DNA of 64,000 nucleotides from Clostridia bacterium (GTDB lineage Bacteria; Bacillota; Clostridia; Oscillospirales; Acutalibacteraceae): the NCBI GenBank assembly GCA_017454815.1, contig JAFTCG010000044.1:2507-66506 (forward strand), in the 5' to 3' direction. Of this stretch, positions 1 through 9,396 are shown one piece after another (the first letter of the stretch is position 1; each line of letters starts with the position of its first letter). The notes beneath the pieces were generated by a model that was given only the letters and a program-made list of their open reading frames with translations, was not told the origin of the DNA and searched no databases. The position numbers and the translations under genes were made by a program.

Positions 1-134
1 CACGACGGGCAAAATTCGCTGTCAAAAACCTTGCCGCAATTTTCACATTTGAAGTCAAATTCTTTCGAGCCGCATGATTCGCAGGAAACCGCCGTGTCCT
101 TGCTCTCGGTGCCGCAGTATTTGCAAACTTTCAT
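1..134 (-). CDS. Zinc-ribbon (double CxxC) protein, C-terminus cut by window edge
   Basis: Reverse strand reads MKVCKYCGTESKDTAVSCESCGSKEFDFKCENCGKVF... The ATG is at 134 and is preceded by GAGGGAG 7 nt upstream. There are three CxxC pairs. Confidence 0.5.
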   Translation of the reverse strand, partial: MKVCKYCGTESKDTAVSCESCGSKEFDFKCENCGKVFDSEFCPS

Positions 135-144
135 CTGTTCTCCC

Positions 145-696
145 TCATACCGTCAATGACGCGATTATTCCCGAATAAAGTTCGATCGGGTCGTTGTAGA
201 AATTTTCTTTTACCGTTTCGACCTGCATTTTGTCCGCAACGAACACGGTCAGCTTCATCAGCTCCGTTTTTCCGTCGCCCAGGTGGAACGTCACGTTGTA
301 GCCGTCCTCAACTTCCTCGACGTCAACCTTGTTTTCGTGCTTTCTTCTGGCGAGCGTGCTTATCCTGATGGCGGAATTGATGGCTCTTTCCCTCACCGCT
401 CTCGGGAGGTTTGAGTGCAACATTTCGGCGGCTTCGATTCCGCTTTGAGTGATGCAGAGCATTTCCTCACCGTTTTCCTCCTCGCAGGTGATGTTGCCCC
501 GGGAGATCAGTTCGGCGATCGCCTGGCTGACCTCAAAATAGTTCGCCAGACCCTCGTCCATCATCACTTCGTTAAGCTGCAGTTTTGAAATAGGCCCGTC
601 TACGCTCTTGATGACGTAGCAGATCAGCACCTTGATGTCCGTTCTGTTTGTAAGTCCTCCGGGTTCGATCCCCGCGATGAGTGCGTCAATATCCAT
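145..696 (-). CDS. DUF4364-like putative winged-helix protein
   Basis: 183-aa ORF lying 11 nt downstream of mreB. The N-terminal region (TDIKVLICYVIKSVDGPISKLQLNEV...) looks like the wHTH of the DUF4364 family. The family assignment is from memory. Confidence 0.5.
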   Translation of the reverse strand: MDIDALIAGIEPGGLTNRTDIKVLICYVIKSVDGPISKLQLNEVMMDEGLANYFEVSQAIAELISRGNITCEEENGEEMLCITQSGIEAAEMLHSNLPRAVRERAINSAIRISTLARRKHENKVDVEEVEDGYNVTFHLGDGKTELMKLTVFVADKMQVETVKENFYNDPIELYSGIIASLTV

Positions 697-707
697 ACCG
701 TTCCTCC

Positions 708-1757
708 TCAGCTTAAATCGTCAAGCTCGTTGTAACCTTTTATTTCTTCGCGCGTCTTGAAAACGTATCCGTTGTTTTCAAGGTAGTCCATGTCCTTGAT
801 TGCAAGCCCCGTGCCCTTCGCAACGCAGTTCAGGCTGTCCTCGGCGCAGTAGGTCTTTATCCCCGTCTGCCCCTCGATATATTCGTCGATCCCGAAAATG
901 TTGGCGCCGCCGCCGGTGATACAGATCCCGTTTTTCATCAGATCGTTCATCAGGTCGGGCGAAACTTTTTCGAGCACTCTCGTGACAGCCGTCGCTATTT
1001 TGCCGAGCTCATCGCTCATCGCAAGAAAAACTTCGACGGACGAAACCTCAAAAAACGTCGGCAGATTTTCCACATAATCTTTTCCTCTCGCAAGGAGCGT
1101 GACTTCGTTTTGCCGGATGACGGCGCAGCCGATCTCTTTTTTGATCCACTCGGCTGTTTTCCTGCCGATTATTATATTTCTCTCACGCCGAAGGTACGTC
1201 CTGATCGCCTCGTCAATGGCGTTTCCTGCGCCTCTCACCGATTCGGACGCGATCACGTTGCCCATCGAGATCACCGCAATGTCGGTTGTGCCTCCCCCGA
1301 TGTCAACGACCATTATCCCGGTCGGGTCATGCACGTCAAATCCCGCCCCTATCGCCGCGGCAAGCGGTTCGTCCATCAGACACGCTCTGCCTGCGCCGGA
1401 TGCGGTGACAAGGTCGAGGATAACTCTTTTTTCAAGCCCCGTAACGCCCGACGGAGTGCAGATTATGACGTTCGGCTTGAAGATCCCGAAGCCGAGTATT
1501 TTTCTTAAAATCCATTTCAGGATATGCTGTGTTGCGACAAAGTCGGACACAACGCCGTTTTCAAGCGGGCGGATTACTCTCACCGAATCCGGGCATTTTT
1601 CAAACATTTCGTACGCTTTTTTGCCGACCGCCATTATGCCGCCGGTCTCGTTGTCGTACGCTATCGCCGAAGGCTCCGAGAAAACTATCCCCTTGCCCTC
1701 AACGTAAACGATCGTGCTCGTTGTGCCCAGGTCTATGCCAATGTTCAATCCAAGCAT
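708..1757 (-). CDS. mreB: Rod-shape/actin-like protein MreB (Mbl-type paralogue)
   Basis: Carries the MreB motifs GIDLGTTST, IRPLENGVVSDF, DEPLAAAIGAG, VVDIGGGTTDIAVIS and ITGGGA. Confidence 0.9.
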   Translation of the reverse strand: MLGLNIGIDLGTTSTIVYVEGKGIVFSEPSAIAYDNETGGIMAVGKKAYEMFEKCPDSVRVIRPLENGVVSDFVATQHILKWILRKILGFGIFKPNVIICTPSGVTGLEKRVILDLVTASGAGRACLMDEPLAAAIGAGFDVHDPTGIMVVDIGGGTTDIAVISMGNVIASESVRGAGNAIDEAIRTYLRRERNIIIGRKTAEWIKKEIGCAVIRQNEVTLLARGKDYVENLPTFFEVSSVEVFLAMSDELGKIATAVTRVLEKVSPDLMNDLMKNGICITGGGANIFGIDEYIEGQTGIKTYCAEDSLNCVAKGTGLAIKDMDYLENNGYVFKTREEIKGYNELDDLS

Positions 1758-1758
1758 C

Positions 1759-2478
1759 TTAATACGCTTCTCCTCTGAAATCGTTTTTTGTCAGCGCCGC
1801 GGTCAGCCCTATGACTTTCTTCGCCCCGGCTCTTTTGAGCGCTTTCGCGCATTCGTGGAGCGTTGTGCCCGTTGTCTTTGTGTCGTCGCAGACTATTATC
1901 GTCTTGCCCTTCAGGTTTTCGTTTTCCGAAACGGCAAAAGCGTTGACGAGATTGTTGCGTCTTTCTTTTGCGCCCAGCCCAACCTGAGGGGGCGTTTCTC
2001 TTGTTTTCCTGAGCAAATCGCCCCTGAATTCTATCCCCGTCGCTTCGGATATGCGGCGCGCAAGGGTGTCGGTCTGCGAAAAACCTCTGCGCCTTTTTCT
2101 CCTCTTCGTCATCGGTACGGGAACGATCAGATCAGGCTTTTCGAAGACGTATTCTTCCTCCAAAGCCCTGACCATCTCGCCTGCCAGGAATTTCCCGTTG
2201 TCGTAGTATCCCTTAAACTTGAAATTCTTTATGCAAGTCCTTATGTCGCCTTCATAGTAAAACGGCGTGATGATATGGTCAAAGCTGAGTTTGTCCGCTC
2301 CGCAGTTGCAAAAGCCCTCCGCCTGGCCGCATTTGTCGCACTTGGGGTAAGGGATCCTGTGTTTTTCAATGTCGCAGTTGTCGCAAACAACTTCATCCGG
2401 AAAGATCACCTTTCCGCACACGGCGCATCTTCTGGGGAAGAATACCGTCAGTATTATGTCAGCTAATTTCGATTTCAT
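1759..2478 (-). CDS. comFC: ComF family protein (ComFC-type phosphoribosyltransferase-fold competence protein)
   Basis: N-terminal 4-Cys zinc finger (CAVCG...CDNC...CDKCG) and a C-terminal PRTase motif (IIVCDDTKTTGTT). Confidence 0.85.
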   Translation of the reverse strand: MKSKLADIILTVFFPRRCAVCGKVIFPDEVVCDNCDIEKHRIPYPKCDKCGQAEGFCNCGADKLSFDHIITPFYYEGDIRTCIKNFKFKGYYDNGKFLAGEMVRALEEEYVFEKPDLIVPVPMTKRRKRRRGFSQTDTLARRISEATGIEFRGDLLRKTRETPPQVGLGAKERRNNLVNAFAVSENENLKGKTIIVCDDTKTTGTTLHECAKALKRAGAKKVIGLTAALTKNDFRGEAY

Positions 2479-4675
2479 CTGTCAGGAACGCTTTTAGCGC
2501 AGAATATCTTTTCGTCGTTTTGTTGTTGCCTGCCATCAGCCTGACCTGCGCTGAGCTTCCGACGATTATCATCAGTTTTTTCGCCCTCGTGATAGCCGTG
2601 TAAAGGAGGTTGCGATAACACAGCCTCGCGGGTGTATCCATGACTGTCATTACGACGGCCTCGAATTCGTTGCCCTGGCTTTTGTGAACGGTCACGGCGT
2701 AGGCAAGCTCGATGTCGCGGGCGTTCTCCATCGGATAAACCGCCTTCTTGCCGTCAAAATCTATGCTCATCGTGGCGTCGCCGAAGTTTATTCTCTCCAG
2801 CGTTCCGATGTCTCCGTTAAAAATCCCCGCTCCGTTTTCGTCGCCTTTTTTCCACACAACGTCGTAATTGTTCTTCGTCTGCATGACTTTGTCGCCTTCG
2901 CGCAGAACGTGGCCGGAAACGCTCACCTGTTTCTTCATCCCGTCCGGAGGATTGAGCTCGTTTTGCAGAACTCTGTTGATGTTCGCCGTTCCCGCCTCAC
3001 CTTTTTTTGACGGGCAGATGACCTGAATGTCGTTCATGAAAGAATAACCATACGCCTTCGGAAGCCTTTGAGAAACAAGCTGCGTCACCGTTTCGGCAAC
3101 GCCCTTTTGCGTTTTTTTCTCCATCATGAAGAAGTCCCTGTCGTTTTTTGAAAGATCGATCTCTTCCTCGCATATGATCCTGTGGGCGTTCGTGACGATC
3201 AGGCTTTCCATCGCCTGCCTGAAAACCTCTGTCAGGGTGACGACGGGCATTGCGCCGGCTTCGATCAAGTCCTGAAGGACGTTGCCCGCTCCGACCGGCG
3301 GAAGCTGGTTTGAATCCCCGACGAGAACGATCCTGCAGCCGAGCGGCAACGCATCCAGCAAGCTCGAAAACAGCGTCACGTCGACCATTGAAAGCTCGTC
3401 GATTATCACTGCGTGAACATTCAGCGGATTTCGCATATTTCTTGCAAAAACCTGCTTGTCGTCGCTGTCAAATTCCACTTCAAGAAGCCTGTGGATCGTC
3501 TTTGCCTCGTGTCCCGTCAGCTCGGACATCCGTTTTGCGGCTCGTCCGGTGGAGGCGCAAAGCGCGACGGTCAGCTTCTGTTTTTCAAAAATTTTAAGTA
3601 TTCCGTTGAGAGTTGTTGTCTTGCCCGTTCCCGGCCCGCCCGTCAGGATGAGCATCCCCTCCTGCGCCGCGGTTTTTATCGCCGAAAACTGCTTTTCCTC
3701 GTATTTTATGTCGTTTTCAAATTCGATCTGACGGATCTCCTTGTCGAGCGTATTTTTCCCCGCCGGCGGAAACTTTTTCAGCAGGCTGATCCTTGCGGCA
3801 ATGTTCTTTTCACATTTGAAAATGTGCGGCAAAAACAAGAATTCCCTGCCGTCGATTTCGTAAGAAACGAGCTGATTTGTTTCAAGCAGTTCTGCTATCG
3901 CTTTGTCGGTTTCGTCGCTGTTTGCGCAAAGAAGATTCTTCGCCGGATCGTAGATCCTGTCGCGCGGAACGCAGGTGTGCCCGTTGGAGAGGTTGTGATT
4001 TATGATATAGACAATCCCCGCCATGTTTCTGCTGTTTTTTTCAAAGCTTCCGTCGACAATGTTCGAGGCGATCTCGTCGGCTCTCTCAAAGCCGATCCCG
4101 ATGTTTTCGCGGCAGAGGATGTACGGGTTTTTTCTGACCGTGTCAACAGTGTTCGGGCCGAACGCCTTGAACGCACGGAGGCATTCGCGCGGGTTCATAC
4201 CGTATTTTTCAAGGGCGATCATTATTTCTCTGACGGCAAACTGCTCGGAAAAGTTCCGCGAGATCTCCACGGCTTTTCGCTTTGAAATGCCCTTGACGCT
4301 CGCAAGACGGTCAACGTCGTTTTCAAGCACGTCAAACGTTTTTTCCCCGAAAGCTTCCACCAGCTTCAGCGCAGTCGACGGGCCGACTCCTTTTATTGCG
4401 CCCGACGAAAGATATTTCAGCAGCTCCGCCGACGTTTTCGGCATCTCCCTTTCGCACAGCTCAGCCCTGAACTGCCTGCCGAACGATTTGTGGAAATCCC
4501 ATCTGCCGGTCAACCGAAGTTTTTCGCCGACGTCCGTCTCGGGCAGAACACCGACGACAGTGACAAGCTCATCGCCCGAAGACAGATCGAGTACGGTAAA
4601 TCCGTTGTCTTCGTTGCGAAAAGAGATATGTTCCACAACGCCGCTGAGTTTTTCAACGTCTTTTTCGTCAAGCAC
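2459..4675 (-). CDS. recD2: ATP-dependent RecD-like DNA helicase (RecD2, SF1B)
   Basis: 738 aa with Walker A LTGGPGTGKTT and motifs DELSMVD, GDSNQLPPVG and VHKSQGNEF. GTG start with GGAGGA RBS. Overlaps comFC by 20 nt. Confidence 0.9.
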   Translation of the reverse strand: MLDEKDVEKLSGVVEHISFRNEDNGFTVLDLSSGDELVTVVGVLPETDVGEKLRLTGRWDFHKSFGRQFRAELCEREMPKTSAELLKYLSSGAIKGVGPSTALKLVEAFGEKTFDVLENDVDRLASVKGISKRKAVEISRNFSEQFAVREIMIALEKYGMNPRECLRAFKAFGPNTVDTVRKNPYILCRENIGIGFERADEIASNIVDGSFEKNSRNMAGIVYIINHNLSNGHTCVPRDRIYDPAKNLLCANSDETDKAIAELLETNQLVSYEIDGREFLFLPHIFKCEKNIAARISLLKKFPPAGKNTLDKEIRQIEFENDIKYEEKQFSAIKTAAQEGMLILTGGPGTGKTTTLNGILKIFEKQKLTVALCASTGRAAKRMSELTGHEAKTIHRLLEVEFDSDDKQVFARNMRNPLNVHAVIIDELSMVDVTLFSSLLDALPLGCRIVLVGDSNQLPPVGAGNVLQDLIEAGAMPVVTLTEVFRQAMESLIVTNAHRIICEEEIDLSKNDRDFFMMEKKTQKGVAETVTQLVSQRLPKAYGYSFMNDIQVICPSKKGEAGTANINRVLQNELNPPDGMKKQVSVSGHVLREGDKVMQTKNNYDVVWKKGDENGAGIFNGDIGTLERINFGDATMSIDFDGKKAVYPMENARDIELAYAVTVHKSQGNEFEAVVMTVMDTPARLCYRNLLYTAITRAKKLMIIVGSSAQVRLMAGNNKTTKRYSALKAFLTDEIEIS

Positions 4676-4728
4676 CGAGCTTCCTCCGTTTCAGATCACA
4701 TTATCCCATTTTGGATCATTACAGTCTA

Positions 4729-4757
4729 ATTATACTTCAAAATGTCCCTCTTTGCAA
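4729..4757 (-). promoter_or_regulatory. Putative sigma-A promoter of the recD2 operon
   Basis: Reverse strand reads TTGCAA (4752-4757), a 17-nt spacer, then TATAAT (4729-4734), about 55 nt upstream of the recD2 start. Confidence 0.4.
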
Positions 4758-4764
4758 CATCAAT

Positions 4765-5634
4765 TCAGATAATTGTGCCGATAACGAGCATTTCTTCCAG
4801 CTTCCGATATGTTTTTTCAAAGCCGCCGACATCTTTAACGCCCAGGGAAAGCGCGCATTTTTTGTGGTTTTCGCTGAACCAATCCTTGAAACTGCCGAAC
4901 TCGTCCGCGCTTCTCGAGTTGGCAATGCCGTAGCCGCAGCATACGCTGAGGATCTTCGCCATTGTTTTGCTGTTTTCCGGGGAACAGGTTTCGGACATCC
5001 AGTTGATTGCCTTGCCCCTGCCCAGAAGCGCGATCGCATGATGTATGTTGTTCTTTTCGCAAAAATTCACGAGCGCCGCCGTCTCGGGCTCGCTTTCGGC
5101 GGCAAACCCTCCGTATCCGCTCGCCGCAGGTCCGAAGACGCCTCTGTTCGCTTCATAGAGCGAGATCTTGTCCCGCCCGGAGTTGAAGTTTTTTGAAATA
5201 TCTATTCCCTTGGCGTTGGCATTCCACAGCGACGTGTCGCCGCCGGAGATCTCCCTGACAAAATCGGCGTATTCTCCCGCTCCCTCTGCGCCGCGCGAGG
5301 CTATTTCAAGCCCGTCGGGATTCAGGCACGCCACTATGCTCAACCCTCTCGACATCAGCGCAGACGAAACGTTCACCCCGGCAAGACCGGTTTTTGTTTT
5401 AAAAGCATGGCACAGTCTGTTCGCATATTCCAGAAGGATCTGCGACGTCAAAGCGTCTCTTGCGCCGAAGCCGCCGACAAAAAGCGTGACGTTCCTGTAG
5501 TTGCCGACGCTCAAAGCGTAAATGTCTCTGCCGCACACGCTTTCCCCTATTCTGCATTTTGCAACAAATGGATATTGTTTTGTAATGTTTTCGATTTTTT
5601 CGCACAGCTGTTCATAAGAAAACCCATCGTTCAT
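4765..5634 (-). CDS. M14-family (gamma-D-glutamyl-meso-DAP peptidase-like) protein with apparently substituted zinc and catalytic residues
   Basis: 289 aa with overall M14C-like sequence (WNANAKGIDISKNF, ESEPETAAL). The HxxE position reads GARD. See findings. Confidence 0.7.
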   Translation of the reverse strand: MNDGFSYEQLCEKIENITKQYPFVAKCRIGESVCGRDIYALSVGNYRNVTLFVGGFGARDALTSQILLEYANRLCHAFKTKTGLAGVNVSSALMSRGLSIVACLNPDGLEIASRGAEGAGEYADFVREISGGDTSLWNANAKGIDISKNFNSGRDKISLYEANRGVFGPAASGYGGFAAESEPETAALVNFCEKNNIHHAIALLGRGKAINWMSETCSPENSKTMAKILSVCCGYGIANSRSADEFGSFKDWFSENHKKCALSLGVKDVGGFEKTYRKLEEMLVIGTII

Positions 5635-5749
5635 TTTGTCCTCCGTTTTTTACGGCACTTTGCGTTTTTTATCCATAATTAATTTTATTTACAATGTTGT
5701 CGCGTTATGCTATAATAACAATATATTTACATTTTTCGGAGGAACCGAT

Positions 5750-6301
5750 ATGGAACTTTTTGAGAAAACCTTAACGCAGGATCATAAATATAAGGGCAGG
5801 GTCGTCAACCTCAGGGTCGACACGGCTCAGCTGCCGGACGGCAGGGAATGCATCAGGGAAGTCGTTGAACACAACGGCGGTGTAACCGTCTGCGCGGTCA
5901 ACGAAAACAAGGAGATTTTTCTCGTCAAACAATTCCGGTATCCTTACGGCGAAGTCGTGACGGAGACTCCGGCGGGAAAGCTTGAAATAGGCGAAGACCA
6001 TGCCGATGCGGGCAAAAGAGAGCTCGAGGAGGAGGCCGGCGTTGCCGCAGATAACTTCGTTTTCCTCGGAAAGTTTTATCCGTCGCCCGGCTACTGCGGC
6101 GAAATAATTTACCTCTACGCCGCGACGAAGCTCAGGAAAACTCATCAGCATCTTGACGACGGCGAATATCTCAACGTCGAAACAGTCCCGCTCGATAACG
6201 TTGTTTCAAAGATCCTTGCGGGCGAGATTCCCGACGGCAAAACTCAGGCGGTAGTGCTTCGTACTGCCATGATGATCGAAAAAGGCGAATTGGAATTCTG
6301 A
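5750..6301 (+). CDS. nudF: ADP-ribose pyrophosphatase (Nudix hydrolase)
   Basis: Starts MELFEKT after a GGAGGA RBS. Nudix box GKLEIGEDHADAGKRELEEEAG. The longer ORF start at 5636 has no RBS. Confidence 0.8.
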   Translation: MELFEKTLTQDHKYKGRVVNLRVDTAQLPDGRECIREVVEHNGGVTVCAVNENKEIFLVKQFRYPYGEVVTETPAGKLEIGEDHADAGKRELEEEAGVAADNFVFLGKFYPSPGYCGEIIYLYAATKLRKTHQHLDDGEYLNVETVPLDNVVSKILAGEIPDGKTQAVVLRTAMMIEKGELEF

Positions 6302-6319
6302 TATAACGGGGGATCGATT

Positions 6320-7993
6320 ATGCACAACAAGTGGTACAAAGACGTTGTCGTCTATCAGATCTGGGCTCGAAGCTTCTGCGACGGCAACGGCGACGGAATC
6401 GGCGATCTTTACGGCGTATACGACAAGCTTGACTACATTAAATCGCTCGGAGTGGATATGATCTGGTTTTCCCCGATCTATCCGACCCCCAACTGCGACT
6501 ACGGGTACGACATTTCCGACTACCGGAACATCAACCCGGAATTCGGCGATCTCGAAATCTTCAAAAAAGTGCTCGACGGCGCTCACGAAAGAGGCATGAA
6601 GGTTATCATGGATCTCGTCGTCAACCACACCTCGACGGAGCACGAATGGTTCAAGCAGAGCAAAAAAAGTGACGACAACCCCTACCACGACTATTATTTC
6701 TGGCGCAAGGGCAGGGGCAAGAACGGCAAAAACCCGCCCAACAACTGGCTTTCGATGTTTGAGGGCGGCGCGTGGGAATACAACGAAGATCTTGCGGAAT
6801 ATTATCTGCACGTTTTCGCCGTTGGTCAGCCCGACCTGAACATGGACAACCCGAAAGTCCGCGAGGAAGTCAAGGGAATACTGAAATTCTGGCTCGACAT
6901 GGGCGTTGACGGCTTCAGAGAGGACGTCATCACCTTTATCTCCAAAAAAGAAGGTCTCCCGAACGGTTTCCCGCTCCCTGTTGCGACAGGGTACAAAAAC
7001 TATGTCAACGGGCCTCATACGTATGAATATCTCAAGGAATTCAAGGACGACGTGCTCAGCAAATACGACTGCTTTGTCGTCGGCGAATCCCCGATGGTCA
7101 ACATGCAGCGCGCATTGCAATACACGACCGAGGGCGATGGTCAGGTGCTTCAGATGATGTTTTCTTTTGACCATATGTGCGCAGATTGCTTCATGATCGA
7201 CTACATCCCGACTCCTTTCAGCCTCAGAAAAATGAAAAAGGCGTTCTCCAACTGGCAGAACACCATCAACGGCACGGGCTGGAACTCGCTCTACATCGAA
7301 AACCACGACCACGCAAGAATCATCAGCCGCTACGGCAGCGAGAAATACCGCACCGAAAGCGGAAAAACGCTCGCCGCCATGTATATGCTCCAGCAGGGTA
7401 CGCCCTACATATACCAGGGCCAGGAGATCGGCATGACGAACACTCATTTCAACAGCATCGACGAGTGCCTTGACGTCGCCACCCACAACGCATACAATAT
7501 CTTTAGAAAATTCCGTTTTTCCGAAAAATTCACCATGGACAAGATCAACAAAGGCACCCGCGAACACGCAAGAACTCCCGTTCAGTGGGACGACAGCGAA
7601 AACGCCGGTTTCTCCTCCGGCACCCCATGGTTTAAGGTCAACGAAAACTATAAGCAGATCAACGTCGCCGACCAGGAAAACGACGAGAACTCCCTGCTCA
7701 ACTTCTACCGAAAGCTGATCGCTTTCAGAAAGGACAACGCCGTTCTCATGCGCGAAGGCAGCTACAACGAGCTGATGAAGTCGAGCAAAAAGTTTTACGT
7801 TTATGAGAGGATCCTCGGAGACGAAAAGCTTCTCGTTGTCGCAAACTTCTCCGAAAAACCGTGCACTTTCAAAGCCCCCGACGGCTACGACCTTTCAAAA
7901 GGCGAGCTTGTTCTTTATAACTACAGCGACAACAAGCTTGAAAACAACTCTTACACGACAAGACCGTATGAATTAAGAGTATATAAGTTCTGA
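6320..7993 (+). CDS. GH13 alpha-glucosidase / oligo-1,6-glucosidase family
   Basis: Carries WWKDVVVYQIW-type start, DLVVNHTS, GFREDV, GESP and ENHDHAR motifs, which are GH13 conserved regions I-IV. Confidence 0.85.
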   Translation: MHNKWYKDVVVYQIWARSFCDGNGDGIGDLYGVYDKLDYIKSLGVDMIWFSPIYPTPNCDYGYDISDYRNINPEFGDLEIFKKVLDGAHERGMKVIMDLVVNHTSTEHEWFKQSKKSDDNPYHDYYFWRKGRGKNGKNPPNNWLSMFEGGAWEYNEDLAEYYLHVFAVGQPDLNMDNPKVREEVKGILKFWLDMGVDGFREDVITFISKKEGLPNGFPLPVATGYKNYVNGPHTYEYLKEFKDDVLSKYDCFVVGESPMVNMQRALQYTTEGDGQVLQMMFSFDHMCADCFMIDYIPTPFSLRKMKKAFSNWQNTINGTGWNSLYIENHDHARIISRYGSEKYRTESGKTLAAMYMLQQGTPYIYQGQEIGMTNTHFNSIDECLDVATHNAYNIFRKFRFSEKFTMDKINKGTREHARTPVQWDDSENAGFSSGTPWFKVNENYKQINVADQENDENSLLNFYRKLIAFRKDNAVLMREGSYNELMKSSKKFYVYERILGDEKLLVVANFSEKPCTFKAPDGYDLSKGELVLYNYSDNKLENNSYTTRPYELRVYKF

Positions 7994-8044
7994 CGCAAGA
8001 AAGAAGCTGTCGCATTTAGCGAAGGAAAAACAAAACGAGTAGCA

Positions 8045-8088
8045 AATCAGGGTGCGGAAGTGAATCCGTACCCTGATTGTCTTTTTTT
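8045..8088. terminator. Bidirectional rho-independent terminator
   Basis: 14-bp stem AATCAGGGTGCGGA / TCCGTACCCTGATT with a 6-nt loop, followed by a T7 run. T-rich on the other strand too. Confidence 0.7.
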
Positions 8089-8208
8089 AGGTAGGGCGAT
8101 GCCCTTAGCCAAATATTGTTTCTTTTTTCGACGTTTGTCTATCGTACTAATGTACAGCCTTCAAGCGAAGAAAACGCCGTCTTCATCTGAATGCGACTGC
8201 CCCTTGTT

Positions 8209-9396
8209 TTACCACTTGACTTCCCACCTGGACGACATTTCACCCATGCGGATGGAATCGTCTTTCCTGGTGGTTTCTCTTTTGACTGATTTTTTGATCC
8301 TTTCTTCAAGCAGTCTTTCGTGCTCGTCAACGTCAAACGGTATTCCGACCGTCTTGCCCGTCCAGTCGGAAAGATGTATGGCGTTCGTGATGCTCAAACC
8401 GTTTATTCCCTCAACGCCGGGAGAAATGAGCTCTTCGCCGTTTGCTATGGCGTTGACAAAGTTTTGCAAAATCGCAATATGTTCTTCGCCGTAAGGCAGC
8501 GTCGGCAAAACGTGTTCTTCGTATTTGAATTTGACTTTTTTGGCGTATTCTTCGTTTGAATAAAAACGGTATTCCGGTTCGGGGATGTCCGTCTTCAGCA
8601 GCCTTATCTTGCCGTCCTCAAGAAGCATTTTGCCCTTTGTTCCCGATATTTCAAGATGATTCGTTCCGGGGTTTTCTCCCGTTGAGGAAACAAAGACTCC
8701 GCTTGCGCCGTTTTCAAATTCCAGAAAAGCCGTGATATCGTCTTCGACTTCGATATCATGATATTTGCCGTACTTGCAAAAGCCCGTAACCTTTTTCGGC
8801 ACGCCGACGATCCACTGCATTATGTCGATGTTGTGCGGGCACTGGTTGGCAAGAACGCCTCCGCCCTCGCCTTTCCACGTTGCTCGCCAGGCGCTCGACT
8901 CATAGTACTGCTGAAGTCTGTACCAGTTTGTGATTATCCACACAATGCGCACGAGCTCGCCGATCTCTCCGCTTTTGAATATCTCTCGCGCCTTTTTGAA
9001 AACGGGATTCACCCTCTGGTTGTACATTATTGCAAAAACTCTGTCGCTGTGCCGTGCGATCTCGTTGAGTTTTTGCGCGCTTTTTGTCGTAACGCCTATC
9101 GGTTTTTCACTGAGAACGTGCAGTCCGTTTTTTATTGCGTATTGTGCAACAACAGGGTGCAGAGGATGCGGGGCGGACACTATGACGGCGTCGATTTTTC
9201 CGGAAGATATCATCTCTTCATAGTCTGAAAAAAACTCGACTGCGCAAAGATGCTCTTTCGCCCACTTCTCTTTCTTTGGGTCAATGTCGCAAACAGCCGA
9301 AAGCGTTGCTCCCTTGACTCTTTTGCCGTAGAGATTGGTGGCGTGCATCGAGCCGATATTGCCTATCCCGACGACGCCCACTCTGATATCATTCAT
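8209..9396 (-). CDS. Gfo/Idh/MocA family oxidoreductase
   Basis: N-terminal Rossmann motif VGVVGIGNIGSMH and the EKP motif (LSEKPIG). 395 aa. Confidence 0.85.
   Translation of the reverse strand: MNDIRVGVVGIGNIGSMHATNLYGKRVKGATLSAVCDIDPKKEKWAKEHLCAVEFFSDYEEMISSGKIDAVIVSAPHPLHPVVAQYAIKNGLHVLSEKPIGVTTKSAQKLNEIARHSDRVFAIMYNQRVNPVFKKAREIFKSGEIGELVRIVWIITNWYRLQQYYESSAWRATWKGEGGGVLANQCPHNIDIMQWIVGVPKKVTGFCKYGKYHDIEVEDDITAFLEFENGASGVFVSSTGENPGTNHLEISGTKGKMLLEDGKIRLLKTDIPEPEYRFYSNEEYAKKVKFKYEEHVLPTLPYGEEHIAILQNFVNAIANGEELISPGVEGINGLSITNAIHLSDWTGKTVGIPFDVDEHERLLEERIKKSVKRETTRKDDSIRMGEMSSRWEVKW

Noticed and set aside
5669-5677. A DnaA-like box, TTATCCATA, in the M14/nudF divergent promoter region. A similar single box, TGTGGATAT, lies at 37107-37115 next to the metK -10.
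   Set aside because: These are isolated one-mismatch sites in AT-rich promoter DNA. That is not enough to claim DnaA regulation.
6206-7567. Very long ORFs antisense to conserved genes. Examples are the 453-aa ORF opposite GH13, 17930-19186 opposite clpC, 46368-47165 opposite soj, 48119-49174 opposite serS, 55652-56572 opposite gyrA, 59287-60057 opposite aspS and 60907-61668 opposite argH.
   Set aside because: Each lies entirely inside a gene with unmistakable family motifs on the other strand. Their translations are low-complexity (V/F/R/H/D-rich), with no recognisable domains or RBS. This is typical shadow-frame behaviour for this codon usage.
8934-8942. A perfect consensus DnaA box, TTATCCACA, inside the Gfo/Idh/MocA coding sequence.
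   Set aside because: It is a single isolated 9-mer. About 0.5 occurrences are expected by chance in 64 kb counting both strands, and there are no neighbouring boxes or AT-rich tract.
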